From an uncultured Fibrobacteraceae bacterium (GTDB lineage: Bacteria > Krumholzibacteriota > Krumholzibacteriia > LZORAL124-64-63): a stretch of DNA of 64,000 bases. Position numbers and translations under genes: made by a program. The notes beneath the pieces are model-generated. The model saw nothing but the letters and a program-made list of their open reading frames with translations. It had not been told where the DNA came from and did no database searches. Positions within the stretch are counted from its first letter, which is position 1. Every line of letters begins with the position of its first letter. Positions 37,302 to 46,148 of this stretch are shown one piece after another. The stretch is from positions 38,552 to 102,551 of the forward strand of contig CAYLMM010000001.1 of the NCBI GenBank assembly GCA_964384825.1, read 5' to 3'.

Positions 37302-38885
37302 TCAGATCTCGATCAGTTCCTCGTCCTCGAGCGGAATGAACTCGTCCGAAATCGGCCGGCTCGCCCGCTGGATCCGGTGCGTCTGGATCGACATCGAGGA
37401 CCGGGCCTGTTCCGAAGCCTTGCCCTTGATCACGGTCCCCTCGGTCTCGAGCTTGCCGCGCTCCCCCTGGAGGATCCGGATCAGGGTGTTGACCAGCTCG
37501 TTCAGCTCCTTGGCCTGGGCGGAAAGCTCTTCGCTCGCCGACGCCGTCTCCTCGGCGTTGGCGGCGTTGGACTGGGTCAGATGGTCGATCTGGGTGACCG
37601 CGTTGTTGATCTCGACGACGCCCTGCGCCTGCTCGTTCGAGGCGGTGGTGACGTCGGACATCAGGGCGGTCATCTTGCCGGTGCGGGTCACGATGCCCTC
37701 CAGGACGCTGCCCACCTCCTCGCAGACGCGCACGCCGTTGTCGGCGCTGTGCTGCGAATCCTGGATCAGGGCGGCCGTCTCGCTGGCGGCCTCGGCGCTG
37801 CGCTGGGCCAGGTTGCGGATCTCCTCGGCCACCACGGCGAAGCCCTTGCCGGCGTCGCCGGCGTGCGCGGCCTCGACTGCCGCATTCAGCGACAGCAGGT
37901 TGGTCTGGAAGGCCATGTCGTTGATGGTGTGGACGATCTTGGCGGTCTGATCGGCGGCCGTCTTGATCTGGACGATGGCCCCGTCCATCCGGCTCATCGC
38001 CTCCTGGCAGGTCTCGGTCGACGAGCGGACCTCGCCGGCGACGCGGTTCGCCTCGCGGGCGCTCTCGGCGTTGCCCTGGGTCGATGTCGACAGCTGGGCC
38101 AGGGACGCGGATGTCTGTTCGAGGCTCGACGCCTGCTCGCTGGCGCCCTCGGCCATCTCCTGGCTGGCGTTTGCGACCTGATGGCTGGCGGCCGCCACCT
38201 GGTCGGCCCCGCTGGACAGTCCGTCGACCAGCAGCGACAGGGTCCCGACGATGTTGCGGACGATGGCCCAGCACATCCCTATCGCCACGGCGCCGGACAG
38301 GATGCTCATGCAAAGCAGCCACCAGAAGTTGCCCCTGGCCGTGCGGTACATCCCGCCTTCATCGAAGGCGCGCTGCTCGGCCGCCAGCTCGTTGACCTCG
38401 TCGAAGACCTCCATCAGCGACTGCAGGGCCGGCAGGGTCCGTTCCAGATAGATGCCGCGCGCCCCTTCGGCGTTCCCGGAGGCCAGGGCGGCCTGGATCG
38501 CTCGAGCCGATTCATGCAGTTCCCGGTGCGGCATTTCCAATCTGGCCAGCAGAGGGGCGAATTCCTCGTCGTTCTCAACCGCGTCGAGACGCTCCTGGGA
38601 GTAGTACCACTTGCCGAAATCGCAGCCGTGGTCGTTGATCTCCAGGTCCTTCTGCGCCGCATCGCTGCCGACGAAGATCTCGTTGAGCGTCTTGACCCAT
38701 TTGAGATTGTCCATCTGGCCCCGGCTCACGTCGGCCAGCAGTTCGTTGCTGGCGCTCGAGTGACCGACCTCGCCCATCAATCTGTTCATGTTGTAGAGCG
38801 AAACCACGGTGCTGATGGTCACCAGGACCAGGACGCAGGCGAAACCCACGCCGATGGTCTTGCCGATGCTGAGATTCTTGAACAT
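37302..38885 (-). CDS. mcp: Methyl-accepting chemotaxis protein
   Basis: Two TM helices. The periplasmic region carries C-D-F-G-K-W...H-R-E-L-H. The signalling domain carries [35 protein letters not shown]. Confidence 0.85.
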   Translation of the reverse strand: MFKNLSIGKTIGVGFACVLVLVTISTVVSLYNMNRLMGEVGHSSASNELLADVSRGQMDNLKWVKTLNEIFVGSDAAQKDLEINDHGCDFGKWYYSQERLDAVENDEEFAPLLARLEMPHRELHESARAIQAALASGNAEGARGIYLERTLPALQSLMEVFDEVNELAAEQRAFDEGGMYRTARGNFWWLLCMSILSGAVAIGMCWAIVRNIVGTLSLLVDGLSSGADQVAAASHQVANASQEMAEGASEQASSLEQTSASLAQLSTSTQGNAESAREANRVAGEVRSSTETCQEAMSRMDGAIVQIKTAADQTAKIVHTINDMAFQTNLLSLNAAVEAAHAGDAGKGFAVVAEEIRNLAQRSAEAASETAALIQDSQHSADNGVRVCEEVGSVLEGIVTRTGKMTALMSDVTTASNEQAQGVVEINNAVTQIDHLTQSNAANAEETASASEELSAQAKELNELVNTLIRILQGERGKLETEGTVIKGKASEQARSSMSIQTHRIQRASRPISDEFIPLEDEELIEI

Positions 38886-39129
38886 CGTCCTTCTCCGGTG
38901 TCGATGGCCGCTCCGGTCCCCGGCGGGTGGGTTCCCGAAGCCGTGCGCGCGCTCCGCTCCATCGGGGCGCGGAAAACATGGATTCTGAAGGTTCTTCGGC
39001 CCGCGGCGGGGGAACTTGACGCCTTAATCGGCAATTTCCTCGGGGGTTGCCCGATTCCGGGCCGATCGGTGCCTCGGGCGGGAAATCGGGGGGCGATATC
39101 CTGGGAATCCGACGCAACGGCACGAAAAA

Positions 39130-39156
39130 GCCCCGCGGCAGAGGTTGCCGCGGGGC
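39130..39156 (-). terminator. Intrinsic terminator downstream of porB
   Basis: Perfect 11-bp stem GCCCCGCGGCA-GAGGU-UGCCGCGGGGC. On the minus strand it is followed by UUUUUCGUG, about 30 nt after the porB stop. Confidence 0.7.
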
Positions 39157-39186
39157 CTCGTCTTCGGCGGAATCTTCCGGCGCGGA

Positions 39187-40125
39187 TCAGCCCTCTTCGC
39201 AGAGCTTGACGATCTTGGCGAACTCGTCGTCGACCCAGCGCTGGATCTCCTCGAGGATGCCCTCGTTTCCCGGCTTGAACAGATGCTTGAACCGCACCTG
39301 CTGCTTCAGCCAGTCGACGATCGGCGGACGGTCCTCCTTGGGCTTGTACGTCAGCTTGTACACGCCGTTCTCGACCTCGAACAGTGGCCAGAAATTGGTC
39401 TCGACCGCCTGCTTGGCCAGCTCGATGCCCTTGGCCTGGTCGAAGCCCCAGCCCACGGTGCAGGGCATCAGGACATTCAGGAAGGCCGGCCCGTCGACCG
39501 CCAGGGCCTTGGCGACCTTGGCCTGCAGATCGCGCCAGTGGAAGGGCGTGGTCTGGGCCACGTAGGGAATGTTGTGCGCCACCAGGATCTTGGTCAGATC
39601 CTTGCGGTGCTGCTCCTTGCCCTGCTTGACCGATCCGGCCGGCGCGGTCGAGGTGTGCGCCCCCATCGGGGTGGCGCCGGACCGCTGGATGCCGGTGTTC
39701 ATGTACGCCTCGTTGTCGTAGCAGACGTACAGCATGTCGTGCCCGCGCTCCATGGCGCCCGACAGGGACTGCAGTCCGATGTCGTAGGTGCCGCCGTCGC
39801 CGCCGAAGGCGATGAAGTTCATCTTCTCGCGCTCGACAGGCAGGTCGCCGCGCTTCTTCAGGGCGCGGAAACCCGTCTCGACGCCCGAGATCGTCGCCGC
39901 GGCGTTCTCGAAGGCGCTGTGGATGAACGGCGTCTTCCACGCGGTGTACGGGAAGATCGTGGTGACGACCTCCATGCATCCGGTGGCGCTGCACACGACA
40001 GTGTCGGGGCCCGCGGTCAGCATGACCTGGCGCAGGATGTTGGCTCCGGTGCAACCGGCGCAGGCGCGGTGCCCGCCGGCCAGGAGGTCCTCACGCTGGG
40101 AAAGAGTCTGCAGATTGACAGCCAT
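39187..40125 (-). CDS. porB: Pyruvate/2-ketoacid:ferredoxin oxidoreductase beta subunit (TPP-binding)
   Basis: MAVNLQTL...CAGCTG...GGDGGTYDIG. Confidence 0.85.
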   Translation of the reverse strand: MAVNLQTLSQREDLLAGGHRACAGCTGANILRQVMLTAGPDTVVCSATGCMEVVTTIFPYTAWKTPFIHSAFENAAATISGVETGFRALKKRGDLPVEREKMNFIAFGGDGGTYDIGLQSLSGAMERGHDMLYVCYDNEAYMNTGIQRSGATPMGAHTSTAPAGSVKQGKEQHRKDLTKILVAHNIPYVAQTTPFHWRDLQAKVAKALAVDGPAFLNVLMPCTVGWGFDQAKGIELAKQAVETNFWPLFEVENGVYKLTYKPKEDRPPIVDWLKQQVRFKHLFKPGNEGILEEIQRWVDDEFAKIVKLCEEG

Positions 40126-40139
40126 GATTCCCTCCTTTC

Positions 40140-41327
40140 CTAGAGCCTGACGCCCAGCAGGTTGACGGCCTCGGTTTCGGCGCCGCCGGCGATGGCCTGC
40201 AGCTCGTCCAGAAGTTTCCCGATCATCTCGGTGTCGGTGTCGCGGCCGCCCAGGCCGTAGATCCAGTCGTGGACCTTCGGGGCGTCGGGGACCCCGTAGA
40301 GCGCGGCGCGGATCTCGTTGAAGACCGGGCCGCCGAAGCCGCCGAACGAGGCCGACTTGTCCATCACGCCGACGACCTTGACCGGAGCCAGGACCTCGGC
40401 CAGGGCCGCGGCCGGGAAGGGGCGGAACATCCGGATCTTCACCAGACCGGCCTTGACGCCCTTCTCGCGGTAGGCGTCGACCGCGACCTTGGCGGTGCCG
40501 GCGGCCGAGCCCAGGGCGACCAGGGCGATCTCGGCGTCGTCCATCCGGTACGACTCGAACCAGGAGTACTCGCGGCCGCTGCCGGCGCTGAACTCCTTGT
40601 AGACGTCGGCGATCACCGCCGGCGCCCGCTTCGCGGCCTCGATCTGCGAAAGCTTGTGCTCGAAGTAGTAGTCCGTCAGATCCAGCGGACCGACGGTCAC
40701 CGGCTTCTCGACGTCCAGCAGCGAATAGCCGGTCTTCATGTCCTTCGGACCGACGAACTTCCAGGCGTCGTCGTCGTCGAGAACGTGGATCGACTCGGCC
40801 GTATGGCTGATGATGAAGCCGTCGTAGCACACCATCACCGGCAGCCGGACGTCCTTGTGCTCGGCGATGCGGAAGGACATCAGGGCCTGGTCGTAGGCCT
40901 CCTGAGTGTTCTCGCAGAAGAGCTGGATCCAGCCCGAGTCGCGGCCGCCCATCGAGTCGGAGTGGTCGTTGTGGATGTTGATGTTGCCCGAAAGCGCGCG
41001 GTTGACCAGCGCCATGCAGATCGGCAGGCGCAGGCTGGCCGCCACGTAGACGATCTCCCACATCAGCGCGAAACCGGCCGAGCTGGTGGCGGTGATGGTG
41101 CGGGCGCCGGTCGCGGCGGATCCCACCGCGGCGGACATCGCCGAATGCTCGCTCTCGACCAGGATCATCTCGGTGTCGACCTCGCCGTTGGCGACGAAGT
41201 CGGCGAACTTGTGCATCATCTCGGTCTGGGGCGTGATCGGGAAGGCCGGCGCCACATGGGGCCTGGCCTGCTTGAAGGCGGTGGCCACGGCCTCGTTCCC
41301 GGTCAACCCGACGAAGTTCTGCTTCAT
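40140..41327 (-). CDS. porA: Pyruvate/2-ketoacid:ferredoxin oxidoreductase alpha subunit
   Basis: MKQNFVGLTGNEAVATAF...AFPITPQTE. Confidence 0.85.
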   Translation of the reverse strand: MKQNFVGLTGNEAVATAFKQARPHVAPAFPITPQTEMMHKFADFVANGEVDTEMILVESEHSAMSAAVGSAATGARTITATSSAGFALMWEIVYVAASLRLPICMALVNRALSGNINIHNDHSDSMGGRDSGWIQLFCENTQEAYDQALMSFRIAEHKDVRLPVMVCYDGFIISHTAESIHVLDDDDAWKFVGPKDMKTGYSLLDVEKPVTVGPLDLTDYYFEHKLSQIEAAKRAPAVIADVYKEFSAGSGREYSWFESYRMDDAEIALVALGSAAGTAKVAVDAYREKGVKAGLVKIRMFRPFPAAALAEVLAPVKVVGVMDKSASFGGFGGPVFNEIRAALYGVPDAPKVHDWIYGLGGRDTDTEMIGKLLDELQAIAGGAETEAVNLLGVRL

Positions 41328-41347
41328 TGGGAAGCTCCTTTCCGTGG

Positions 41348-41656
41348 CTACTTTTCCTCGCGGACCATCACGATGGCCGCCTTGCCCTTGGCCGCGGGCG
41401 GACAGTGGTTGGCGCAGATCCCGCAACCCTTGCAGTGATCGTAGTTGAAGCCGACGACCTTGGCCTTCTCGCCGCTGGTGTCGAGCACCACCGCCGAGTC
41501 GGGGCAGTAGATCCAGCAGAACAGGCAGTTGATGCAGTTCTCCTCGACGAACTGCGGAATGTTGGTGCGCCAGTCACCGGTCTTGTAGGTGGCGGCGTTG
41601 CCCGCCTCGGTGATGATGCCGCCCTCATTCAGCTTGTCGGTGGGTATGAAGTTCAT
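41348..41656 (-). CDS. porD: Pyruvate/2-ketoacid:ferredoxin oxidoreductase delta subunit (2x[4Fe-4S] ferredoxin)
   Basis: 102 aa with two CxxCxxCxxxCP motifs, CINCLFCWIYCP and CKGCGICANHCP. Confidence 0.8.
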   Translation of the reverse strand: MNFIPTDKLNEGGIITEAGNAATYKTGDWRTNIPQFVEENCINCLFCWIYCPDSAVVLDTSGEKAKVVGFNYDHCKGCGICANHCPPAAKGKAAIVMVREEK

Positions 41657-42240
41657 TCCGACACCACCTCCTTGGCTGCGCGCTCGACGGCCACGATGTT
41701 GCCGTCGACCACGACCTGGCTGAACTTCTTCTTCAGAAGGGAAACCATGGCGTCGCGCAGCTCGTCCATGGCGATGACGTCGGTGACCGTCGACAGGGTG
41801 CCGATCATGGGCATGTTCGGGATCGGCCGTCCGAAACTCTCCTGGGCGATCAGCGAAGCGTCGACCGTGAAGATCTTCCCGCCCTCGACGCCGAGCCGCT
41901 TGCGGATGTCGGCGGGGGTTTCCATGGTGTTGATCAGAAAGACGGTCCGGTCGGAGGTGCCCGACGTCACGCCGGCGGCCGCCGAATCGAGCAGCGTCGG
42001 GTCCAGAACGATCACGATATCCGGTTCCGCGATGCTGCAATGCACCCGGATCGGCTCGTCGGAGATGCGGGTGTAGCCCCGGATGGGAGCCCCCCGCCGT
42101 TCCGGGCCGTATTCGGGAAAGCCCTGGCTGTGCTTGCCCTGGACCAGGACGGCTTCGGCCAGGAAGATGGCGGCGGTCTTCGCCCCCTGCCCCCCTCGGC
42201 CGTGCCAGCGGATCTCGGTCATGCTCATGGCCATATTCAC
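41653..42240 (-). CDS. porC: Pyruvate/2-ketoacid:ferredoxin oxidoreductase gamma subunit
   Basis: IRWHGRGGQGAKTAA. The stop overlaps the porD ATG. Confidence 0.8.
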   Translation of the reverse strand: MNMAMSMTEIRWHGRGGQGAKTAAIFLAEAVLVQGKHSQGFPEYGPERRGAPIRGYTRISDEPIRVHCSIAEPDIVIVLDPTLLDSAAAGVTSGTSDRTVFLINTMETPADIRKRLGVEGGKIFTVDASLIAQESFGRPIPNMPMIGTLSTVTDVIAMDELRDAMVSLLKKKFSQVVVDGNIVAVERAAKEVVSE

Positions 42241-42476
42241 TCTCCTTCGTCGATCCTTGACCCGAAGGGTCCGGCGCGGTACCCCTATGGTCGTTCTAAA
42301 GTAATCCCGCGAGGGGTCGGGTCAATCCAAAACCCCTGATACGAGTCCGGATTATAAAACCTGTCCCGATCCGGTATTCCGGAGCCGACCCGATCGCGGC
42401 CCGGAACGCGGACCCGCAGGTTAGCAGAGTCCACCACGCCGCGACAAGTCGTCGCCCGACGGCGGAAGGAATCGCC

Positions 42477-43583
42477 ATGGCCGCCCGACATGAAAGAATC
42501 GTCCTGCGCGCCGGCAACGGCCGGACCGAATGCCTGATCGGAGCCGGAATCTCGCAGCGTCTCCCGGATTCGATCGCCGGCCGCGAGGCCTTCCTGGTGG
42601 TCGACGCCCTGGCCGCCCGCAGGCACCCCGGCGCGCTGGCGAAGGTCATCGAATCCTCCGGATCCGGCGGCGCCCCCTTGGCGCTGCGCGGCGGCGAGGC
42701 CGTCAAGACCCACGCCGGGCTCGAACGCATCCACCGGGGCCTGCTGCGCCGGGCCCTGCCGCGCGACGGCGTCCTGGCGGCGATCGGCGGCGGCACCATC
42801 CTCGACGTCGCCGGTTTCGCAGCCGCCACGTGGTCGCGGGGGATCGCGCTGATCTCGGTGCCGACGACCCTGCTGGCGATGACCGACGCCGCCCTGGGCG
42901 GCAAGACCGGCATCAACGTCGACGGGGTCAAGAATCAGGTCGGATCGTTCCATGCGGCCGAGACGGTGCTGATCGATCCCGATTTCCTGGCCACCCTGCC
43001 GCGCCGGGAATGGCGGCGGGGCCTGGCCGAGATGGTCAAGACCGCCGTGATCGGGGCTCCGGCCCTGTTCCGCTCCCTGGAGGACGCCCGGCCCGGACTC
43101 TCGGCCGCGTTCGCCGCCGGTCGGGCCGCCGACACCGTCCCGGAAGCGTCGTCGCTGCCCTGGACCGGCTGGATCGCCGCCGCCGCCGGGGTCAAGGCCC
43201 GCATCGTCGGACGCGACTTCCGCGAGACCGGCGCGCGCAAGGCGCTGAACCTGGGCCACACCCTCGGGCACGCTCTGGAATCGAAGCTGGGAATCGGCCA
43301 CGGCGAAGCGGTGGCCCTGGGAATGGCGGCGGTCGCGCGGCACGCGGCCCGGACGGGATCCTGTCCGGCGGAACTGCCGCGGCGCCTGGAATCGGTCCTG
43401 ACCGCCTGCGGCCTGCCTGTCCGGACGGACCCGCCGGCTGCCGCTGCGATCGCGCCGCTGGTCGGCCGCGACAAGAAACGCGGCGGCGGCGGCGGAATCT
43501 GGGTTCTGCCCCGCCGCCTGGGATCGGTCGCGATCGACAGGAACGCCGAACTGGGCGACATCCTGGCCGCCCTGGCCGGTTGA
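42477..43583 (+). CDS. aroB: 3-dehydroquinate synthase
   Basis: 368 aa with the IGGGTILDVAGFAAAT NAD-binding motif and HTLGHALE metal-binding His. Confidence 0.82.
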   Translation: MAARHERIVLRAGNGRTECLIGAGISQRLPDSIAGREAFLVVDALAARRHPGALAKVIESSGSGGAPLALRGGEAVKTHAGLERIHRGLLRRALPRDGVLAAIGGGTILDVAGFAAATWSRGIALISVPTTLLAMTDAALGGKTGINVDGVKNQVGSFHAAETVLIDPDFLATLPRREWRRGLAEMVKTAVIGAPALFRSLEDARPGLSAAFAAGRAADTVPEASSLPWTGWIAAAAGVKARIVGRDFRETGARKALNLGHTLGHALESKLGIGHGEAVALGMAAVARHAARTGSCPAELPRRLESVLTACGLPVRTDPPAAAAIAPLVGRDKKRGGGGGIWVLPRRLGSVAIDRNAELGDILAALAG

Positions 43584-43602
43584 CCTCGATCCGTCCGGCG
43601 GA

Positions 43603-45648
43603 TCAGAACAGGCCGGCAGGATCCATGTCCAGCAGCACGTCGACTCCCCTGCGCCGCGACTTGGCGGCCCGAGCGCAGTCGGCCAGCCACTGCTTCTGCC
43701 GCACGGTGGGATCCCCCTTGATCAACAGCTGGTACCTGTAGCGGTCCTGCAGACGCGCGAAGACTGCCGGCGCGGGGCCCAGCAGATCGCAGCCGAAACC
43801 TGCCAGGGGTTCGCGCAGGACCTCGGCGAGCTCGTCCGCTGCCGCGGACACGTCGCCCAGGCGGCGCCCGCTGATCCCGACGCGGACCAGCCGCCGGAAG
43901 GGCGGATATCCCAGCTGCTCGCGAACGGGCATCTCGCCCTCGGCGAAGGCGATGAAATCCTGGGCCGCGGCCGCCCTGATCACCGGATGCTCGGGCTGCC
44001 AGGTCTGCAGGATCACCCGGCCGGTCTCGGTGCGGCCGGTCCGCCCCGCGACCTGGGTCAGCAGCTGGAACGACCGCTCCTGGGCGCGGAAATCCGGCAG
44101 CGACAACCCGTCGTCGGCGGCCAGCACGCCCACCAGCCCGACGTTCGGGAAATGATGTCCCTTGGCCACCATCTGGGTGCCCACCAGGATGTCGGCTTCA
44201 CCCCGCGCGAAGGCCGTCAGGATGCGGCCGTGGCTGCCGCGGCGGCGGGTCGCGTCGTGGTCGAGCCGCAGGACCCGGGCGCCGGGGAACTGGGCCGCGA
44301 GCGCGAGTTCGATCTTCTCGGTCCCGCCCCCCGAGGGCAGGAACGCCTGGGCGCCGCAGTCCGGGCATTTCTGCGGCACCGGCTCGGAATGGCCGCAGTA
44401 GTGGCAGAGCAGGCTCCGCGGCCGCAGGTGGAGGGTCATCCCGATGTCGCACCGGGGACAGCGCACCGCCTCGCCGCATTCGCCGCACTGCAGGGACCGC
44501 GCGAAACCCCGCCGGTTGTAGTAGAGGATGATCTGGCGGCTCCGCTCGAGGGTCTGCTCCATCCTCTCGAGCAGCGTTTCGGAGAATCCCTCCCGTCCGC
44601 CGCCGCCCCGCATATCGATGATCTCGACCTCCGGCAGGCTTCCCACCGGCCGATCGAGCAGCCGGACGTGCTCGTAGCGCCCCTCGCGAGCGTTGCGCCA
44701 GCTCTCGAGGTCGGGGGTCGCCGATCCGAGGATGACGAAGGCGCCGGCCTCCCGGGCTCTGATCAGCGCGGCGTGGCGGGCGTGGTAACGGGGTTTCTCG
44801 TCCTGCTTGTAGGAATTCTCGTGCTCCTCGTCGAGCACGATCAGGCCCAGGTCCTTCACCGGAGCGAAGAGGGCCGAGCGCGGCCCCACCACGACCCGGA
44901 TGTCGCCGGCCGCCGCGGCTTCGTGCACCCGGCTGCGCTCGCCCGCCGAGAGTCCGCTGTGCAGGGTCCCGATCCGGTCGCCGAACCGCCCGCGGATCCT
45001 GGACACCGTCTGGGGCGTGAGCGCGATCTCGGGAAGCAGATACAGGGCGCTGCGGCCCCTCTCGATCGCCTCGTGGATGGCCCGCAGATAGACCTCGGTC
45101 TTGCCCGATCCGGTCACCCCGTGCAGGAGCATGGCGCCGTAGGCGCGACGGTCGAGATGGTCGGCGGCCACGGCCACGGCGCGGGCCTGGTCGGCGGTCG
45201 GCACGATCCGCGCCGCGTCCTCGTCCATGGGGAATTCGGAACTTTCGTGCCGGGAACGTCGCGCGCGCGTGCCTGGCGCGGGGGGATGGAACAGGGGAAC
45301 GATCTCGCCCAACGGCAGGGCGTAGTAGGCGGCCAGCCAGCGGGCCAGGCGCAGGCGATCGTCGCCGAGACGATAGGCGGGCCCCAGCAGGCGGGTCACC
45401 GGACGCAGGGGATTGCCGTCGACCTGCTCCACCGCGCCCGGTTCGCGCCTTTCGGCCACGACCAGGCCCAGCAGGCCCCGGCGCCGGCCGAAAGGCACGG
45501 CGACCAGGTCGCCGACCGTCGGTTCCGCGCCGTTCTCCCCGGTATCGGGCTCCCAGCGGTAGGTGAAGGTTCGGGGCAGGGGAACCGGCAGCGCCACCTC
45601 GACCAGCAGCGTGCTCCCGGATCCGCCGGCCGGTGCGTCAGGGGTCAC
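43603..45648 (-). CDS. priA: Primosomal protein N' (replication restart helicase PriA)
   Basis: Walker A GVTGSGKT, helicase motif II VLDEEHE, and a Cys-rich zinc-binding module CGECGEAVRCPRCD...CHYCGH...CPDCG. Confidence 0.9.
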   Translation of the reverse strand: MTPDAPAGGSGSTLLVEVALPVPLPRTFTYRWEPDTGENGAEPTVGDLVAVPFGRRRGLLGLVVAERREPGAVEQVDGNPLRPVTRLLGPAYRLGDDRLRLARWLAAYYALPLGEIVPLFHPPAPGTRARRSRHESSEFPMDEDAARIVPTADQARAVAVAADHLDRRAYGAMLLHGVTGSGKTEVYLRAIHEAIERGRSALYLLPEIALTPQTVSRIRGRFGDRIGTLHSGLSAGERSRVHEAAAAGDIRVVVGPRSALFAPVKDLGLIVLDEEHENSYKQDEKPRYHARHAALIRAREAGAFVILGSATPDLESWRNAREGRYEHVRLLDRPVGSLPEVEIIDMRGGGGREGFSETLLERMEQTLERSRQIILYYNRRGFARSLQCGECGEAVRCPRCDIGMTLHLRPRSLLCHYCGHSEPVPQKCPDCGAQAFLPSGGGTEKIELALAAQFPGARVLRLDHDATRRRGSHGRILTAFARGEADILVGTQMVAKGHHFPNVGLVGVLAADDGLSLPDFRAQERSFQLLTQVAGRTGRTETGRVILQTWQPEHPVIRAAAAQDFIAFAEGEMPVREQLGYPPFRRLVRVGISGRRLGDVSAAADELAEVLREPLAGFGCDLLGPAPAVFARLQDRYRYQLLIKGDPTVRQKQWLADCARAAKSRRRGVDVLLDMDPAGLF

Positions 45649-45767
45649 TTCGTCCTCCCGGAACGAGGCCGCGCCCCGCGCCGGCGGCGCGGGGACGGTG
45701 CGGCCCGTGTGTCGGGAGGAATACTAACCGCCGGACGGCCGGGGGGCAACGGCGGCCTGGAGCGGGC

Positions 45768-46148
45768 TCACTTGCTGGCCACCCCGAGAAAGGAATGGAC
45801 GATATCCATCAGGCTGTTGGGACTGAACGGCTTGGTGACGTAGGCGTCGGCCGCCACCTCGCGCCCGCGTTTCTGATCGCCCCGGGTGGACCGCGCGGTC
45901 AGCAGGACGACCGGGATGTCCCGGGTCCGCGAGTCGGCCTTCAGCTTGCGGCAGGTCTCGAACCCGTCCAGACGCGGCATCATGACGTCCATGATGATCA
46001 GGTCGGGCGGATTCTCGCCGGCCAGCTTCAGCGCCTCTTCGCCGTCCTCGGCCTGGATCACGCGGTAGCCTTCCGCATCGAGGCTGAAGTCCAGGATGTT
46101 CCGCACCGAACGTTCGTCGTCGACAACCAGGATCTGGCGCAATGTCAC
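45768..46148 (-). CDS. Response regulator receiver (stand-alone REC)
   Basis: 126 aa: ILVVDDERSVR...DLIIMDVMMPRLDG...TKPF. Confidence 0.8.
   Translation of the reverse strand: MTLRQILVVDDERSVRNILDFSLDAEGYRVIQAEDGEEALKLAGENPPDLIIMDVMMPRLDGFETCRKLKADSRTRDIPVVLLTARSTRGDQKRGREVAADAYVTKPFSPNSLMDIVHSFLGVASK

Noticed and set aside
45674-45694. Palindrome CCCCGCGCC-GGC-GGCGCGGGG between priA and the REC gene, as a possible terminator.
   Set aside because: No U-tract follows on either strand. I left it unannotated rather than calling it a terminator.
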